DNA of 64,000 nucleotides from Candidatus Coatesbacteria bacterium. GTDB lineage: Bacteria > RBG-13-66-14. Below, in pieces: positions 26,959-37,884 of this stretch; position 1 is the stretch's first letter, and the number at the start of each line of letters is the position of its first letter. The notes below the pieces were generated by a model, which saw only the letters and a list, made by a program, of their open reading frames with translations, was not told the origin of the DNA and did no database searches. A program made the translations under genes and the position numbers. The DNA is taken from assembly GCA_014728225.1 (NCBI GenBank), contig WJLX01000050.1, forward strand, positions 3,008 to 67,007. Direction: 5' to 3'.

Positions 26959-29082
26959 ATGCGTAAAGCGACCACGCTGCTGTTGTCGATCCTGGCCGTC
27001 GCCTGTCTGGCCGACGGCGTCGTGGTGCCCGGATCCTACTTCCAGGAGCCCCTGGGGCCGCCGGAGCTCCGGGTGACCATCGCCGAGCACCACGTCACCA
27101 CCACCATCGACGATGGCCTGGCCGTGACCAGCGTTGAGGAAGTTTTCGTCAACGACTACGATCACGCCATCGAGGCCGTTTACATCTTCCCCGTCCCGGA
27201 GGGCGCCGCCGTCAGCGAGTTCAGCGTTACCGTCGACGGCCGCGAGGTGAGCGCCGAGGTGCTGGAGGCCGCGGAGGCGGCCGAGCTCTATGCCGACGCC
27301 CTGCGCCAGGGCGGCAACGCCGCCCTGCTGGAATTCATGGGTCGCGGGGCCTTCCGGGCCGCGCTGGGCGAGATGGCCGCCGGGGAGCGCCGGCCCGTCC
27401 GCTTGGAGTACACCGAGCTGCTGGAGCCCCAGGACGGCCTCTACCACTACTCCTACCCCCTGGACATCGACACCTTCACCTACCGCACCGTCGACAACCT
27501 GTCCCTCGAGGTGACCATCGCCTCGGCCGCCCCCGTGCTCAACGTTTATTCCACCAGCCACACCCTGACGCGGGAGGAGCTGCAGGACGGCGTCAAGGTG
27601 ACCTACTACGAACAAAACGCCCGCCCCGCCGGAGACTTCGAGCTCTACTACCAGACCTCGACGCAGGAGCTGGCCGCCGCCCTGCTGACCCATCGGCTCG
27701 AAGAAGACGGGGCCTTCCTGCTGATCCTCTCGCCCCAGCGGCGCGCCGACGACGAGGTGCTGCCCAAGGACATCGTCTTCTGCCTCGACATCTCGGGCTC
27801 GATGCGCGGCGACAAACTGACCCAGGCCAAAACGGCCCTGGCTTACTGCCTGGAGCGGCTCAACCCCGCCGACCGCTTCGAGGTCGTGACCTTCACCACG
27901 GAGGTCGAAAGCCTGTTCGGCGAGCTGCGCCCGGCCGACCAGGACAACCGCAGTCGAGCCCTGGAGTTCATCGCCGGTCTCGAGGCCCAGGCGCGGACCA
28001 ATATCGACGGCGCCCTGCAGACCTCCCTCGAGGCCCTCGGTGATCCCGGACAGCGGCCGCAGTCGCTGATCTTCCTCACCGACGGCAAGCCCACCGTCGG
28101 CGAACGCGAGCCCGTCGACATCGTCGCCAACGTCGAGGGACGCGGCTCCAGCGCCCGGGCCTACATCTTCGGTGTCGGCCACGACCTCAACAGCCTGCTC
28201 CTGGACCATCTGGCCGTCGTCCAGCGCGGCAGCGTGGTCTACGTCGAGCCCGGCGAGGACCTGGAAGCCGCCGTGACCAGCTTCTACGAGAAGATCCAGG
28301 GTCCCGTGCTGACCGACCTGGAGCTGGATTTCGGCGGCACCGACGTCGCTGAACTCTACCCCCCGATCCTGCCGGACCTGTTCTCCGGCGAGCAGTTGAC
28401 CCTCTCCGGGCGCTTCGCTGAACCGGGGCGACGGACCGTCACCCTCAGCGGCCGCGCCGGGGGCGAGATTCTGCGTCGGGAGTTCGAGCTGGACTTCGCC
28501 GCCGTCGACAACCCCGCCGTCGAGCTGATCTGGGCCCGGCGCAAGGTCGGTTACCTGCTGGAGCTGGTCCGCCTCGAAGGCGAGGACGAGGAAACCGTCG
28601 AGACGATCACCGAGCTGGCCCTGCGTTTCGGCATCGTCACCCCCTACACCAGCCTGGCCTGGGCCGAGGACGACCGCGGCGAGCCCCTGGCCGCCAACGG
28701 TGGTCATGGGCACTTCTCCGGCGGAACGGCCGCCGGTGACGCCCCGTCGGCTTCAGAGATGGAGCTCCGGGCCATCGAAGGCGCCGCCGGCGTCGCCGCC
28801 AGCGAGTCCATCGACGAGTTGCAGGCCGGGGTGGGCGACGACGAATCCGCTCAGGTCCGCCGGGCCATGGGCCGGGCCTTCTACCTGCGTGACGGCGTCT
28901 GGACCGACTCCATCTACGACGAGGATTCGATGACGCCGACCGAAGTCGTCCAGGCCTCCGACGACTACTTCACCCTGCTGACAGAACACCCCGAGCTGGC
29001 CCGGGCCTTCGCCCTGGGCGACGAGCTGATCGTCGTCGTCGCCGGACAAGCCTATCGCATCAGCCCCGCCGACGCCCAGTAA
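26959..29082 (+). CDS. VIT + von Willebrand factor A domain protein, secreted
   Basis: Signal peptide; VIT-like N-terminus; vWA MIDAS DISGSM...TDG...; followed by a terminator. Confidence 0.8.
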   Translation: MRKATTLLLSILAVACLADGVVVPGSYFQEPLGPPELRVTIAEHHVTTTIDDGLAVTSVEEVFVNDYDHAIEAVYIFPVPEGAAVSEFSVTVDGREVSAEVLEAAEAAELYADALRQGGNAALLEFMGRGAFRAALGEMAAGERRPVRLEYTELLEPQDGLYHYSYPLDIDTFTYRTVDNLSLEVTIASAAPVLNVYSTSHTLTREELQDGVKVTYYEQNARPAGDFELYYQTSTQELAAALLTHRLEEDGAFLLILSPQRRADDEVLPKDIVFCLDISGSMRGDKLTQAKTALAYCLERLNPADRFEVVTFTTEVESLFGELRPADQDNRSRALEFIAGLEAQARTNIDGALQTSLEALGDPGQRPQSLIFLTDGKPTVGEREPVDIVANVEGRGSSARAYIFGVGHDLNSLLLDHLAVVQRGSVVYVEPGEDLEAAVTSFYEKIQGPVLTDLELDFGGTDVAELYPPILPDLFSGEQLTLSGRFAEPGRRTVTLSGRAGGEILRREFELDFAAVDNPAVELIWARRKVGYLLELVRLEGEDEETVETITELALRFGIVTPYTSLAWAEDDRGEPLAANGGHGHFSGGTAAGDAPSASEMELRAIEGAAGVAASESIDELQAGVGDDESAQVRRAMGRAFYLRDGVWTDSIYDEDSMTPTEVVQASDDYFTLLTEHPELARAFALGDELIVVVAGQAYRISPADAQ

Positions 29083-29109
29083 CCCGGGCTGGGCCGCGGC
29101 AACGCCGAA

Positions 29110-29141
29110 CCGCCCCCGTGGCCGGGGGCGGTTCTTGTGTT
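29110..29141 (+). terminator. rho-independent terminator
   Basis: ccgcccccgtggccgggggcgg followed by ttcttgtgtt. Confidence 0.6.
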
Positions 29142-29571
29142 GCTGGTTGGTAGAGACTTGACAGGGCGCCCCAAGAAGGGGAATCCATGCCCTTTAACAC
29201 CATTAACCGCCGGGCGGGCGCCTGTACCCGCCCTGGTTTCTTAAGGTACCAATTACCAACCGCTTACTGTGGATGGGAGTGCGTAACAGCCAGGGAGTTT
29301 GCGTGGTTTTCACGTCGCAAGACTCCCGCCGGCGGCCTGGCAGTGATCAAGCGACTGCCCGACGCTGCTCGCCCCATCAGGGACGGCTGGTCCTGTGCCG
29401 TTTGAAGCTACCGGTTAGGGCTGGAAATCGATGTGTTGGCAGACGGGCTGATGGAACAACCTATGAGTTGACGGTGAAAACCGATGTTCATTACGCTCGA
29501 TAGAGTGCCTTCTCAGCAATGTCGTAATGACAGGTTGCTGATGGTCCAGAAGCGTGGTCAAGCCGACTGGA

Positions 29572-29928
29572 TTACAGCTCCTCCCCCGGGAAGGTGTTGA
29601 AGTAGATGCAGTTGCCGTCGGGATCGAGGATCTCGGCCGCCGCGCTGCCGTCCTCCTCGGCGCGGGCTTCTTTGCTCAGCTTCAAGCCCGCGGCCCGGAG
29701 GGCCTCGGCGATGGCGAAAACGTCACCGCCGCGGAAGTTGAGCAGGTTGCGCTCGATGTGACCCTGGAACAGCCCCAGGGTGCAGTCGCCGTGACGCATG
29801 ATGGCCCAGCCTTCTTCGACGACGCCGCCGAGCATCTCGAAGCCCAGCCTGCGGTAGAACTCCAGCGATCTGCCCAGCTCGGCCACGTTCAGGCAGAACT
29901 CGAAGCGTCCCAGGGGCTCCTCGTTCAT
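29572..29928 (-). CDS. VOC-family (glyoxalase/bleomycin-resistance fold) protein
   Basis: 118 aa from ATG with ggagg RBS; FEFCLNV...LGF glyoxalase-like pattern. Confidence 0.65.
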   Translation of the reverse strand: MNEEPLGRFEFCLNVAELGRSLEFYRRLGFEMLGGVVEEGWAIMRHGDCTLGLFQGHIERNLLNFRGGDVFAIAEALRAAGLKLSKEARAEEDGSAAAEILDPDGNCIYFNTFPGEEL

Positions 29929-29946
29929 GACTCCTCCAGGCGCTGC

Positions 29947-30137
29947 GGCGACCAGCGAAAACGGCCCTTGAAGAATCCGACCCGGCAAAGACTCCGGCGC
30001 CCCGGAACCGGCACGGTTTTTGCATCTCGGCGAACGTTACGGGCGAGTTTAACGCTGCGCCTCCGCAAAAACCGTGCCGGTTCCGGGGCAGACGTCAACG
30101 GTGTGTGTCTTTTCGGCGGCCGTTTTCGCTGGTCGCC
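29947..30137. repeat. long nested palindromic element, copy 2 (core 30002-30086)
   Basis: Outer arms ggcgaccagcgaaaacggcc / ggccgttttcgctggtcgcc are perfectly complementary; core nearly identical to copies 1 and 3. Confidence 0.7.
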
Positions 30138-30147
30138 GGGGTCTTTG

Positions 30148-30900
30148 TCAGCTCTCGTCGAGCTTGGCGAAGGTGACGTACATGTGGGTGAACTCGCGAC
30201 CGGCGGGTTTCTCCAGCAGATTGCCGTGGGCGCAGACCAGGTCGAGGCCGTGAGGGGCGGCGAGGTTGACCAACTCGTGAAGGGTGTAGAGGCGCAGATC
30301 GACCAGGCGCTGGTGGCGTTGGCCCTGCGGCGAGACCCAGGTCCAGCGGGTTTTCAGCCGTCCGGTGTGGTAATCGGGCTCGGAGTCCTCGACCAGCAGC
30401 CAGCCGTCGGGGGCGACGCGACCGCTGCGGGGGCGGAAGTCGGCCATGATGCCGTCGCGGTTGACGAGCTGCATCAGCAGGCGGCCGCCGGGACGCAGCA
30501 GGCGGGCCCATTCGGCGAGGGCGCGGGCGTTCTCGGCCTCGTCGGTGAAGTAGCCGAAGCTGGTCCACCAGTTGAGGACGGCATCGAAGGAGGCGCTTTT
30601 GAGTCCGGTGGAGCGCATGTCGGCTTCGAGGAACTCGGCGCTGGCTCCGGCGGCGCGGCGGCGGGCGCGCTCGAGGTAGGCGGCGCAGAAGTCGACGCCG
30701 ATGACCCAGACCCCGCGGCGGGCCAGGGGCAGGGCGCAGCGGCCGATACCGCAGCAGACGTCGGCCAGCCGGGCGCCGGGGCGCAGCTTCAACCGGCGCC
30801 AGATGTAGCCGACTTCTGCGGACCGGGCCTCGAGGCCGGCACCGCCGAAGCCGCCGGCGGCCCAGACATCGTCGAAGAAGTCCTCCCACCATTCGCTCAT
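30148..30900 (-). CDS. class I SAM-dependent methyltransferase
   Basis: Motif I VCCGIGRCALPLA; post-I acidic residue; about 250 aa. Confidence 0.75.
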   Translation of the reverse strand: MSEWWEDFFDDVWAAGGFGGAGLEARSAEVGYIWRRLKLRPGARLADVCCGIGRCALPLARRGVWVIGVDFCAAYLERARRRAAGASAEFLEADMRSTGLKSASFDAVLNWWTSFGYFTDEAENARALAEWARLLRPGGRLLMQLVNRDGIMADFRPRSGRVAPDGWLLVEDSEPDYHTGRLKTRWTWVSPQGQRHQRLVDLRLYTLHELVNLAAPHGLDLVCAHGNLLEKPAGREFTHMYVTFAKLDES

Positions 30901-30913
30901 CGGTCATCTCCGG

Positions 30914-32146
30914 CTAGGCCCGTTCGGATTGTCCCATGTTCTCGTGGGCGCCGACGGCGGGTTCCATCAACATGTAGAAAACGGCGCCGACGACGGCCAC
31001 CCCGGCGGCCACCAGGACGGCGGCGCCGTAACCCGCGGTCAGGTCGAAGATCAGGCCGCCGATGAAGGGCCCCGTCGTTCCGGACAGGCCGTAGGCCAGG
31101 GAGACGAAGGCGTAGACCCGGCCGAAGTTTTGCGCGCCGAAGGTGTCCTGGGTCTGTGTGGCGTAGAGAACCATCGCGGCGCCGAAGTTGAAGCCGACGA
31201 GGGCGGCGACAATGAGGAACCACCAGCCCCAGCCCGCCGCCGGCAGCAGCAGCAGGATGCTTGCGGCCAGCAGGATCAGGCTCAGCACGCTGGCCGGATG
31301 GCGGCCGAAGCGATCGGCGATCAGTCCCCAGGCGATGCGGCCGGCACTGTTGCCGACGGCCAGGGCACCGACGGCTCCGGCGGCGATCAGCTCCCCGGCC
31401 CCGCCGTCCAGGCCGATCAGCTTGAGGTTGCCGATCACCAGCAACCCGGAGAAGGTCCCGGCGAACATGGCGCCGAAGAAGCGCCAGAAGCGGGGGTCCC
31501 GGCCGACGCGGGGCAGCTCGGCGGTCTTGACGGCCAGCTTCGCCCCGGGCGGGTTGGCCAGAATGAAGGCGCAGACGATGATCAGGGCGCCGTAGGCCAG
31601 GCCCACCCACTGGAAGATCTGCAGGGGACCCAGGCCGTGGGCCAGCAGGGTCTCGATCACGGTCGAGAGCAGGATCGCCCCGCCGCCGAAACCGGCCACA
31701 GCGACGCCGGTCACCAGGCCCTTGCGTTTGGGGAACCAGCGCCCGGCGGTGGCGATCGGACAGAGGTAGACGAAACCGATGCCGGCGCCGGCGACGACGC
31801 CGTATCCCAGCAGCAGCCAGATGAACCGGCCGCCGGAGAGGGAGGCGATCAGCAGGCCCGCGGCGAAGAGCAGGCCGCCGATGGTCACCGGCAGGGTGGG
31901 GCCGCGGCGGTCCAGCAGCCGCCCGGCGAACAGCATCGTCAGGGCGAAGACGGCGATGTTGAGGCCGAAGATCAACTGGCCCTGCCACTCCATCAGGCCG
32001 TAATCGGCGGTCAACGGCTTGGCGATGGCGCTCCAGGCGTAGATACCGCCGACACAGAGCTGAACAAGGACCACGGCGGCCAGGATCAGCCAGCGGCGCG
32101 GTCCGCGGGGTGCTTCGGTTGGTGACGCAGCGGGTTTGCTTGTCAT
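30914..32146 (-). CDS. MFS transporter (oxalate/formate antiporter-like)
   Basis: 12-TM pattern; start taken at MTSKP; the longer 32263 start is possible. Confidence 0.7.
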   Translation of the reverse strand: MTSKPAASPTEAPRGPRRWLILAAVVLVQLCVGGIYAWSAIAKPLTADYGLMEWQGQLIFGLNIAVFALTMLFAGRLLDRRGPTLPVTIGGLLFAAGLLIASLSGGRFIWLLLGYGVVAGAGIGFVYLCPIATAGRWFPKRKGLVTGVAVAGFGGGAILLSTVIETLLAHGLGPLQIFQWVGLAYGALIIVCAFILANPPGAKLAVKTAELPRVGRDPRFWRFFGAMFAGTFSGLLVIGNLKLIGLDGGAGELIAAGAVGALAVGNSAGRIAWGLIADRFGRHPASVLSLILLAASILLLLPAAGWGWWFLIVAALVGFNFGAAMVLYATQTQDTFGAQNFGRVYAFVSLAYGLSGTTGPFIGGLIFDLTAGYGAAVLVAAGVAVVGAVFYMLMEPAVGAHENMGQSERA

Positions 32147-32216
32147 CGTATCGGGGGTTGTGGGCCGTGGACGCGGAAAGTCGTCCAGCGGCACAGGGGT
32201 TGTGTAGACGACTCGC

Positions 32217-33884
32217 TTATCCGCCGTACTCGGCGGGTTGGATTCTGGCCGCTGGTCCGACACTGGGACCGGCCATGGAGGTTCCGCGCAGGTTCAGGGG
32301 AACCGGGCTGACTTCGGGCGGTTCCAGCCGTTCATGCACGAAGAGGTGGAAGTAGCGGCCGGAGAAGGGGATCAGGAAACCAAAGTCATAGGGCGGTCGC
32401 CACTCGGCGACCATCACCCGACGATAGTCCCGCTGCAGCACCTCGGCCGGCACGCCGTACTTTTGCCGGCCGTACCAGCCCACCTGGTCGTAGAAGCACG
32501 AGGTGACGACGATGAAATCCAGCTGGTGATCGGCGATGTATTCGTAATCCCCGGGATTGTTGAAGAGGTGGTAGTTGCAGATGGGCTTGACTTCGGCGTC
32601 GATGGCCGGTACATCGGCGAAGTAGGGCAACACCCCCATGTCCGTGGTAATCATCCAGGAATCTTCGGCCTTGAGGCGGGCGATCAGGCGGCCCATCTCT
32701 TCGGCGGGAGAGCCGGGGTGGTTGTAGTGGTAGAAGATAAAGGCGCGCCAGCCCGTCAGTCCCGCCGCCAGGGAACAGAGCAGGGCGAGGGTCAGGGCCA
32801 GACGACCTCTCAGTTTTTCTACCAGGCGCAAGATCAGCGGCAGGGTGACGGCCAGGGCCGTCACCGCCGAGGGCAGCCACAGCCGCTGGACGCCCATCCA
32901 GTCGCCGGTCAACAGGTACTTGCCGATGTGAATGAGGGCCAGCAGGGCCAGGATCAGTTTAAGCGGCCATTCGAACCGGGTCTCGTCGTCGGGATCCCGG
33001 CTGAGCAGGAACCAGCCGGCGCCGAGATAGATCAACAGGTTACCGGGCGTCTTGAAGGCGTAGTAGAGCAGGAACTTGGTGTTGTTGAACAGGATTGCCG
33101 GCAGGTTGGCCCAGATGTCGGGCACCTTGGCCAGGGCGCTGGTCGGCAGCAGGGTAGGATAGAAGAAGACGGGCAGGATGAACAGCGCCAGGCCCGGCAG
33201 CAGGCCGACCAGGGGACGCCAGGCCTCGCGCAGCCGGTGGGGCCGACGGCGGTCGATTAGCAGCCAGAGCGCGGCCGCGGCCAGAAGGGCGGCGTTGAAG
33301 AAGGCGTCGGGTCGGCTGACGAGTTGCAGACCCAGGGCCAGACCGAAGGCCGCGCTCAAGCGGCCGCTCTTGTAATCGCGCAGCAGCAGACGCACCGTCA
33401 ACAGCAGGCTGAAGACGTTGAGCAGCGTCTCCAGCCCGCTCACCGACCAGTAGACCGCCGGGGCGTAAGTCAGCAGGAGACCCCCGAGGGCCCAGGCCGT
33501 CAGGCGGGGAGTTCCGGGTCGAACCAGCCGCACGACGGCCTGGAGCTGCCAGACCGTTCCGAGCAGCAGCAGGACGCCCAGCAGCTTGCTCCAGAATAAC
33601 GGGTTGAGCCCCAGCAGGTACCCCGGGGTCAGCATGGCCAGCCAGAGATAGCTGCCCCAGGCGTTGGTCGGCGTCTCCCCCGGGGTCATGTTGGGCAGCT
33701 CGCCCCGGGCCAGTTGCCGGGCGCCGTTGAAGTAGATGTAGGCGTCGTCGGGGCTGTAGGCGCCGGTGTCCCAGATGATTACCAGGCAGATCAGCACCTC
33801 AAGGGCGATCAGCAGCCACCACCAGGACGAGCCCCGGCTGGTTCGCTGCACGTCGAGCGACGGATTAGCATGTACCAGCATCAA
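32217..33884 (-). CDS. polytopic membrane protein, GT-C-like glycosyltransferase candidate, paralog 1
   Basis: N-terminal ~400 aa multi-TM with DDAYIY..GARQLARGELPN.TPGE.PTNA block; soluble C-terminal domain; 40-45% identical to the 33985..35640 product. Confidence 0.55.
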   Translation of the reverse strand: MMLVHANPSLDVQRTSRGSSWWWLLIALEVLICLVIIWDTGAYSPDDAYIYFNGARQLARGELPNMTPGETPTNAWGSYLWLAMLTPGYLLGLNPLFWSKLLGVLLLLGTVWQLQAVVRLVRPGTPRLTAWALGGLLLTYAPAVYWSVSGLETLLNVFSLLLTVRLLLRDYKSGRLSAAFGLALGLQLVSRPDAFFNAALLAAAALWLLIDRRRPHRLREAWRPLVGLLPGLALFILPVFFYPTLLPTSALAKVPDIWANLPAILFNNTKFLLYYAFKTPGNLLIYLGAGWFLLSRDPDDETRFEWPLKLILALLALIHIGKYLLTGDWMGVQRLWLPSAVTALAVTLPLILRLVEKLRGRLALTLALLCSLAAGLTGWRAFIFYHYNHPGSPAEEMGRLIARLKAEDSWMITTDMGVLPYFADVPAIDAEVKPICNYHLFNNPGDYEYIADHQLDFIVVTSCFYDQVGWYGRQKYGVPAEVLQRDYRRVMVAEWRPPYDFGFLIPFSGRYFHLFVHERLEPPEVSPVPLNLRGTSMAGPSVGPAARIQPAEYGG

Positions 33885-33984
33885 TCACGCCCGCGTTGGA
33901 TGAAGGTTCACCTTGCCAGGTTCGACAGGTTCGAGAAGCTCCGGTCAATCGTTTCCGCCCGCGCAAACCGTATCCGTCAGCTAC

Positions 33985-35640
33985 TCACCAAATGAAGCCC
34001 TCTTCGATGCCCAGTCGAGGGTAGGACGGCGGGACGGAGCCGAAATAGCGCAGCTTGATCGGCAACGGCTCGGGAACGTCATAGTCGATACGGTCGGAGA
34101 TGAAGAGGTGGAAGTAGCGGCCGCCCTTTTCCAGGAAGATGTCCAGGGCCAGGCTCTGCCTCCACTCGGCGATCAGCGCCGGGCGGAAGTGCTCACGGAA
34201 GTAGTCGGTCTGGTAAAGCAGGCCGCCGACGGCGGGATGGGTGTAATCCCCTCCAAGGGGTGTTAAATGCTCGGAGACGACGATAACGAAGTCCACCTGA
34301 TGCTCGAGAACGTAATCCAGATCGCCGGGGTGCTGCTGCAGGTGGCGGTTGGCCACCGGATGGACCTCGGCATCGAGAGTCGGGATCTCGGCGTAGTAGG
34401 GCGTTACGCCCATGTCCGGTGTCAGCAGCCAGGAATCTTCCCGGGCCAGCTCGTTGATCAGTTCACCCATCTCCCGGGCCGGGCCGGTCGGCTTGGCGTA
34501 GTTGGCGAAGATGAAGGTCCGCCAACCCCACAGGCCGCCGAAGAGGGAGACGCCGAGGAGCAGGATCGCCGCCGCCCGGCTCCGCAGCGTCGTCAGTAGA
34601 TCGTACAACAACAGCACGGCACAGGCCAGGGCCAGCAGCAGACCGCCGACCCACAGGCGGTTGACCATCGTCCAGTCGTTGACGATCCACATCTGCAGGA
34701 TCCGCCCGCCGATCAACAGCGCCAGGGCCACCCGCAGGGGGAGACCGGGCGGCGACTCCCCGCCGCGCCGGAGCAGGAAGACCGCCGCCGCCGGCAGGAC
34801 CACCAACACCCCCGGCGAGGCGGCCAGCTCCTGGACCATGGGAAAGAGATTGTAGCTCAACCAGTGAAAGGACAACAGGTAGGCCGGGTCGGGGGTTTTC
34901 GCCAGGGCGCTGTGGGGCAGGGGGGTGCCGTAGATCGACCACAGCAGCGCCATCAACGCCAGACCGGGCAGCAGGCCGACCAGGGGCCGCCAGGCGTCGC
35001 GCGGGCGAAAGGGATGAGTACGTGAGATGACCAGCCAGGCCGTGCAGCCCAGCAACACGAGAAGCTCGAGGAAGGCGTCGGGCCGGCTGAGCAGCAGCAG
35101 GCTCCAGGACAGCCCCAGCGCGACGGTCGGCCTGCCGGCGCCGGCGTCCCGCGCCGTCAGCCGTACCGCGGTCAGCAGGGCGAACAGGTAGAGGGCGGTT
35201 TCCAGCAGGTTCACCGAACCGTAGACCAGGGGCACGGCAGTCAGGGCGACGCCGGCCAGGGCCAGAGCGGCCGGCGGCTCCATGCTCGGCCGCCACAACC
35301 GCAGCAGGCCGGCCAGCTGCCACAGTCCGCCGAGCAGCAGGATGAAGCCGACGACTTTGCCCCAGACCAGGGGGTTGAGCCCCAGCAGATAGGCCGGCGC
35401 CAGCAGCGTCAACCAGATGTGGGAGCCGAAGGCGTTGGTCGGCGCTTCCCCCGGAGTGGTGTTCGGCAACTCGCCCCGGGCCAGCTGCCGAGCCCCGCCC
35501 AGGTAGATGTAGCCGTCGTCCATGGTGTAGTTGGACAGATCGAGCAGAATCACCAGGCAGAGCAGCAGCTCCAGCCCCAGTAACACCCACCAGACCCAGG
35601 GGACGCTTTTTTTGACGCTGCCGGGGTAGACCGTCTGCAT
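33985..35640 (-). CDS. polytopic membrane protein, GT-C-like glycosyltransferase candidate, paralog 2
   Basis: Co-linear with paralog 1 (DDGYIYLGGARQLARGELPNTTPGEAPTNA). Confidence 0.55.
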   Translation of the reverse strand: MQTVYPGSVKKSVPWVWWVLLGLELLLCLVILLDLSNYTMDDGYIYLGGARQLARGELPNTTPGEAPTNAFGSHIWLTLLAPAYLLGLNPLVWGKVVGFILLLGGLWQLAGLLRLWRPSMEPPAALALAGVALTAVPLVYGSVNLLETALYLFALLTAVRLTARDAGAGRPTVALGLSWSLLLLSRPDAFLELLVLLGCTAWLVISRTHPFRPRDAWRPLVGLLPGLALMALLWSIYGTPLPHSALAKTPDPAYLLSFHWLSYNLFPMVQELAASPGVLVVLPAAAVFLLRRGGESPPGLPLRVALALLIGGRILQMWIVNDWTMVNRLWVGGLLLALACAVLLLYDLLTTLRSRAAAILLLGVSLFGGLWGWRTFIFANYAKPTGPAREMGELINELAREDSWLLTPDMGVTPYYAEIPTLDAEVHPVANRHLQQHPGDLDYVLEHQVDFVIVVSEHLTPLGGDYTHPAVGGLLYQTDYFREHFRPALIAEWRQSLALDIFLEKGGRYFHLFISDRIDYDVPEPLPIKLRYFGSVPPSYPRLGIEEGFIW

Positions 35641-35800
35641 TAGTCCTTTTCCAGGCGCGGGATGAAAGGGCGGCACGGATGCTAATCAGTAAAGGATTAT
35701 ACCAGAAAGCGTCTTCCACGTCGGCCTTGCGCCCCACCGGAACGAGTGCTAAACTGATTCCCATAATGTACCCAGCCGCAAAGTACGCCAAAGGAGAACC

Positions 35801-37453
35801 ATGCCGCGCAAGCTGAAGAGCCCCACGGGCAGCGAGCTGCACTGCAAGGGCTGGCAGCAGGAGGCCGCCTACCGAATGCTGCAGAATAATCTCGACCCCG
35901 AGGTCGCCGAGGACCCGGACAACCTGATCGTCTACGGCGGCAGCGGCAAGGCCGCCCGCAACTGGGAGGCCCTCGAGACCATCCTGCGCACCCTCACCAA
36001 ACTCGAGGACGACGAGACGCTGCTGGTGCAGTCCGGCAAGCCCGTCGGCGTCTTCAAGACCCACCCCTGGGCCCCGACGGTGCTGCTGGCCAACTCCAAC
36101 CTCGTCCCGCGCTGGGCCGACTGGGAGCACTACTACGAACTCGAGGCCAAGGGCCTGATGATGTACGGCCAGATGACCGCCGGGAGCTGGATCTATATCG
36201 GCACCCAGGGCATCCTCCAGGGCACCTACGAGACCCTGGCCGAGCTGGCCCGCCAGCACTTCGACGGCAGCCTGCAGGGCCGCTGGGTCCTCACCGGCGG
36301 CATGGGCGGCATGTCCGGTGCCCAGCCCCTGGCCGTGACGATGAACGACGGGGTCTGCCTCGACGTCGAGTGCCGTCCCGAGCGCATCCAACGGCGCATC
36401 GATCAGGGGTACTGCGACCGGATGACCACCGACCTCGACGAGGCCCTCGGATTGGTCGAAGAGTACACCGCCAAGGGCGAGCCCCTCTCCATCGGCCTGG
36501 TCGGCAACTGCGCCGACGTCCTGCCCGAACTCGTCCGGCGCAACGTCGTCCCCGACGTGCTCACCGACCAGACCAGCGCCCACGACGAACTCAACGGCTA
36601 CGTCCCCCACGGGATGAGCGTCGCCGAGGCCGACGAGCTGCGCACCAAAGACCCCGAGACCTACAAGGCACGCTCCCTCGAGTCGATGGTCGCCCACATG
36701 AACGCCATGCTCGAGCTCCAGCGCCGCGGCGCCGCAGCCTTCGACTACGGTAACAACATCCGTGGACAGACCGTCGAGCGCGGCGCCCCCGAGGCCTTCA
36801 ACATCAAGGGCTTCGTCCCCCTCTATATCCGACCCCTGTTCTGCGACGGCAAGGGGCCCTTCCGCTGGGCCGCCCTCTCCGGCGATCCCGAGGACATCTA
36901 CCGCACCGACGAAGCCGCCCTGCGACTGTTCCCCGAGGATACCGCCCTCAAACGCTGGATCGAGAAGGCTCAGCGGCAGGTCCGCTTCCAGGGCCTGCCC
37001 TGCCGCATCTGCTGGCTGGGCTACGGCGACCGCGAGCGCTTCGGCCTCGAGATCAACCGCATGGTCCGCGAGGGCGAGCTCAAGGCCCCCATCGTCATCG
37101 GCCGCGACCACCTCGACTGCGGCTCCGTGGCCAGCCCCAACCGCGAGACCGAGGGGATGAAGGACGGCTCCGACGCCGTCAGCGACTGGGCCTTCCTCAA
37201 CGCCATGCTCAACGCCGTCGGCGGGGCCAGTTGGGTCAGTGTCCACCACGGCGGCGGCGTCGGCATGGGCTACTCCCAACACGCCGGCCAGGTCATCGTC
37301 GCCGACGGCTCCGAGATGATGGACGCCCGCCTGTCCCGCGTCCTGACCACCGACCCCGGCCTGGGCATCTGCCGCCACGCCGACGCCGGCTACCAGCGCG
37401 CCCTCGATAACGCCAAACGCTTCGGCGTCAAGATACCGCTGCTGAAGGATTAA
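35801..37453 (+). CDS. hutU: urocanate hydratase
   Basis: 550 aa; urocanase-specific blocks [28 protein letters not shown]; RBS aaaggag. Confidence 0.9.
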   Translation: MPRKLKSPTGSELHCKGWQQEAAYRMLQNNLDPEVAEDPDNLIVYGGSGKAARNWEALETILRTLTKLEDDETLLVQSGKPVGVFKTHPWAPTVLLANSNLVPRWADWEHYYELEAKGLMMYGQMTAGSWIYIGTQGILQGTYETLAELARQHFDGSLQGRWVLTGGMGGMSGAQPLAVTMNDGVCLDVECRPERIQRRIDQGYCDRMTTDLDEALGLVEEYTAKGEPLSIGLVGNCADVLPELVRRNVVPDVLTDQTSAHDELNGYVPHGMSVAEADELRTKDPETYKARSLESMVAHMNAMLELQRRGAAAFDYGNNIRGQTVERGAPEAFNIKGFVPLYIRPLFCDGKGPFRWAALSGDPEDIYRTDEAALRLFPEDTALKRWIEKAQRQVRFQGLPCRICWLGYGDRERFGLEINRMVREGELKAPIVIGRDHLDCGSVASPNRETEGMKDGSDAVSDWAFLNAMLNAVGGASWVSVHHGGGVGMGYSQHAGQVIVADGSEMMDARLSRVLTTDPGLGICRHADAGYQRALDNAKRFGVKIPLLKD

Positions 37454-37499
37454 CCGACCCGTCCGAATCCTTTAGCCCGTCGGAGTACGAGACAACACA

Positions 37500-37570
37500 G
37501 ACGGCGGCGCGGTTGTTGCCCGAGTCCACCCGCCAGGGTGGACTCGGTGCGCAAGAACCGTGCCGCCGTC
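37500..37570. repeat. short hairpin with gcggttgttgc...gcgcaagaaccgtg motif
   Basis: gacggcggcgcggttgttgc / ccgagtccacccgccagggtggactcgg / tgcgcaagaaccgtgccgccgtc, 47 nt after the hutU stop. Confidence 0.5.
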
Positions 37571-37884
37571 GACGCAGAGGGGTGCCCTGAGCGACTGGCT
37601 ACCGGGGCGGTTCTGCGCGTCCAGCGGTCCCGGCAACCTCACCACCGCAGACCCGCTCACCGTCCACCCTAAGGAAATGTATGACGAACACAAGAGTCTT
37701 TGTTGCCTACAACCGCCCCATAAATTAAGAATATGTATATAAATGTGCGTTCAAGCCGATCATATATTACGACAACCGCTTTTACATATAGGTTCACCTG
37801 TAGAAAAAGTGCAACTTTATCGTCATAATGTGCTACACTACAATCAGCGGACAAGGAGGAAAACCCAACAGATAGGAGCAGAAG

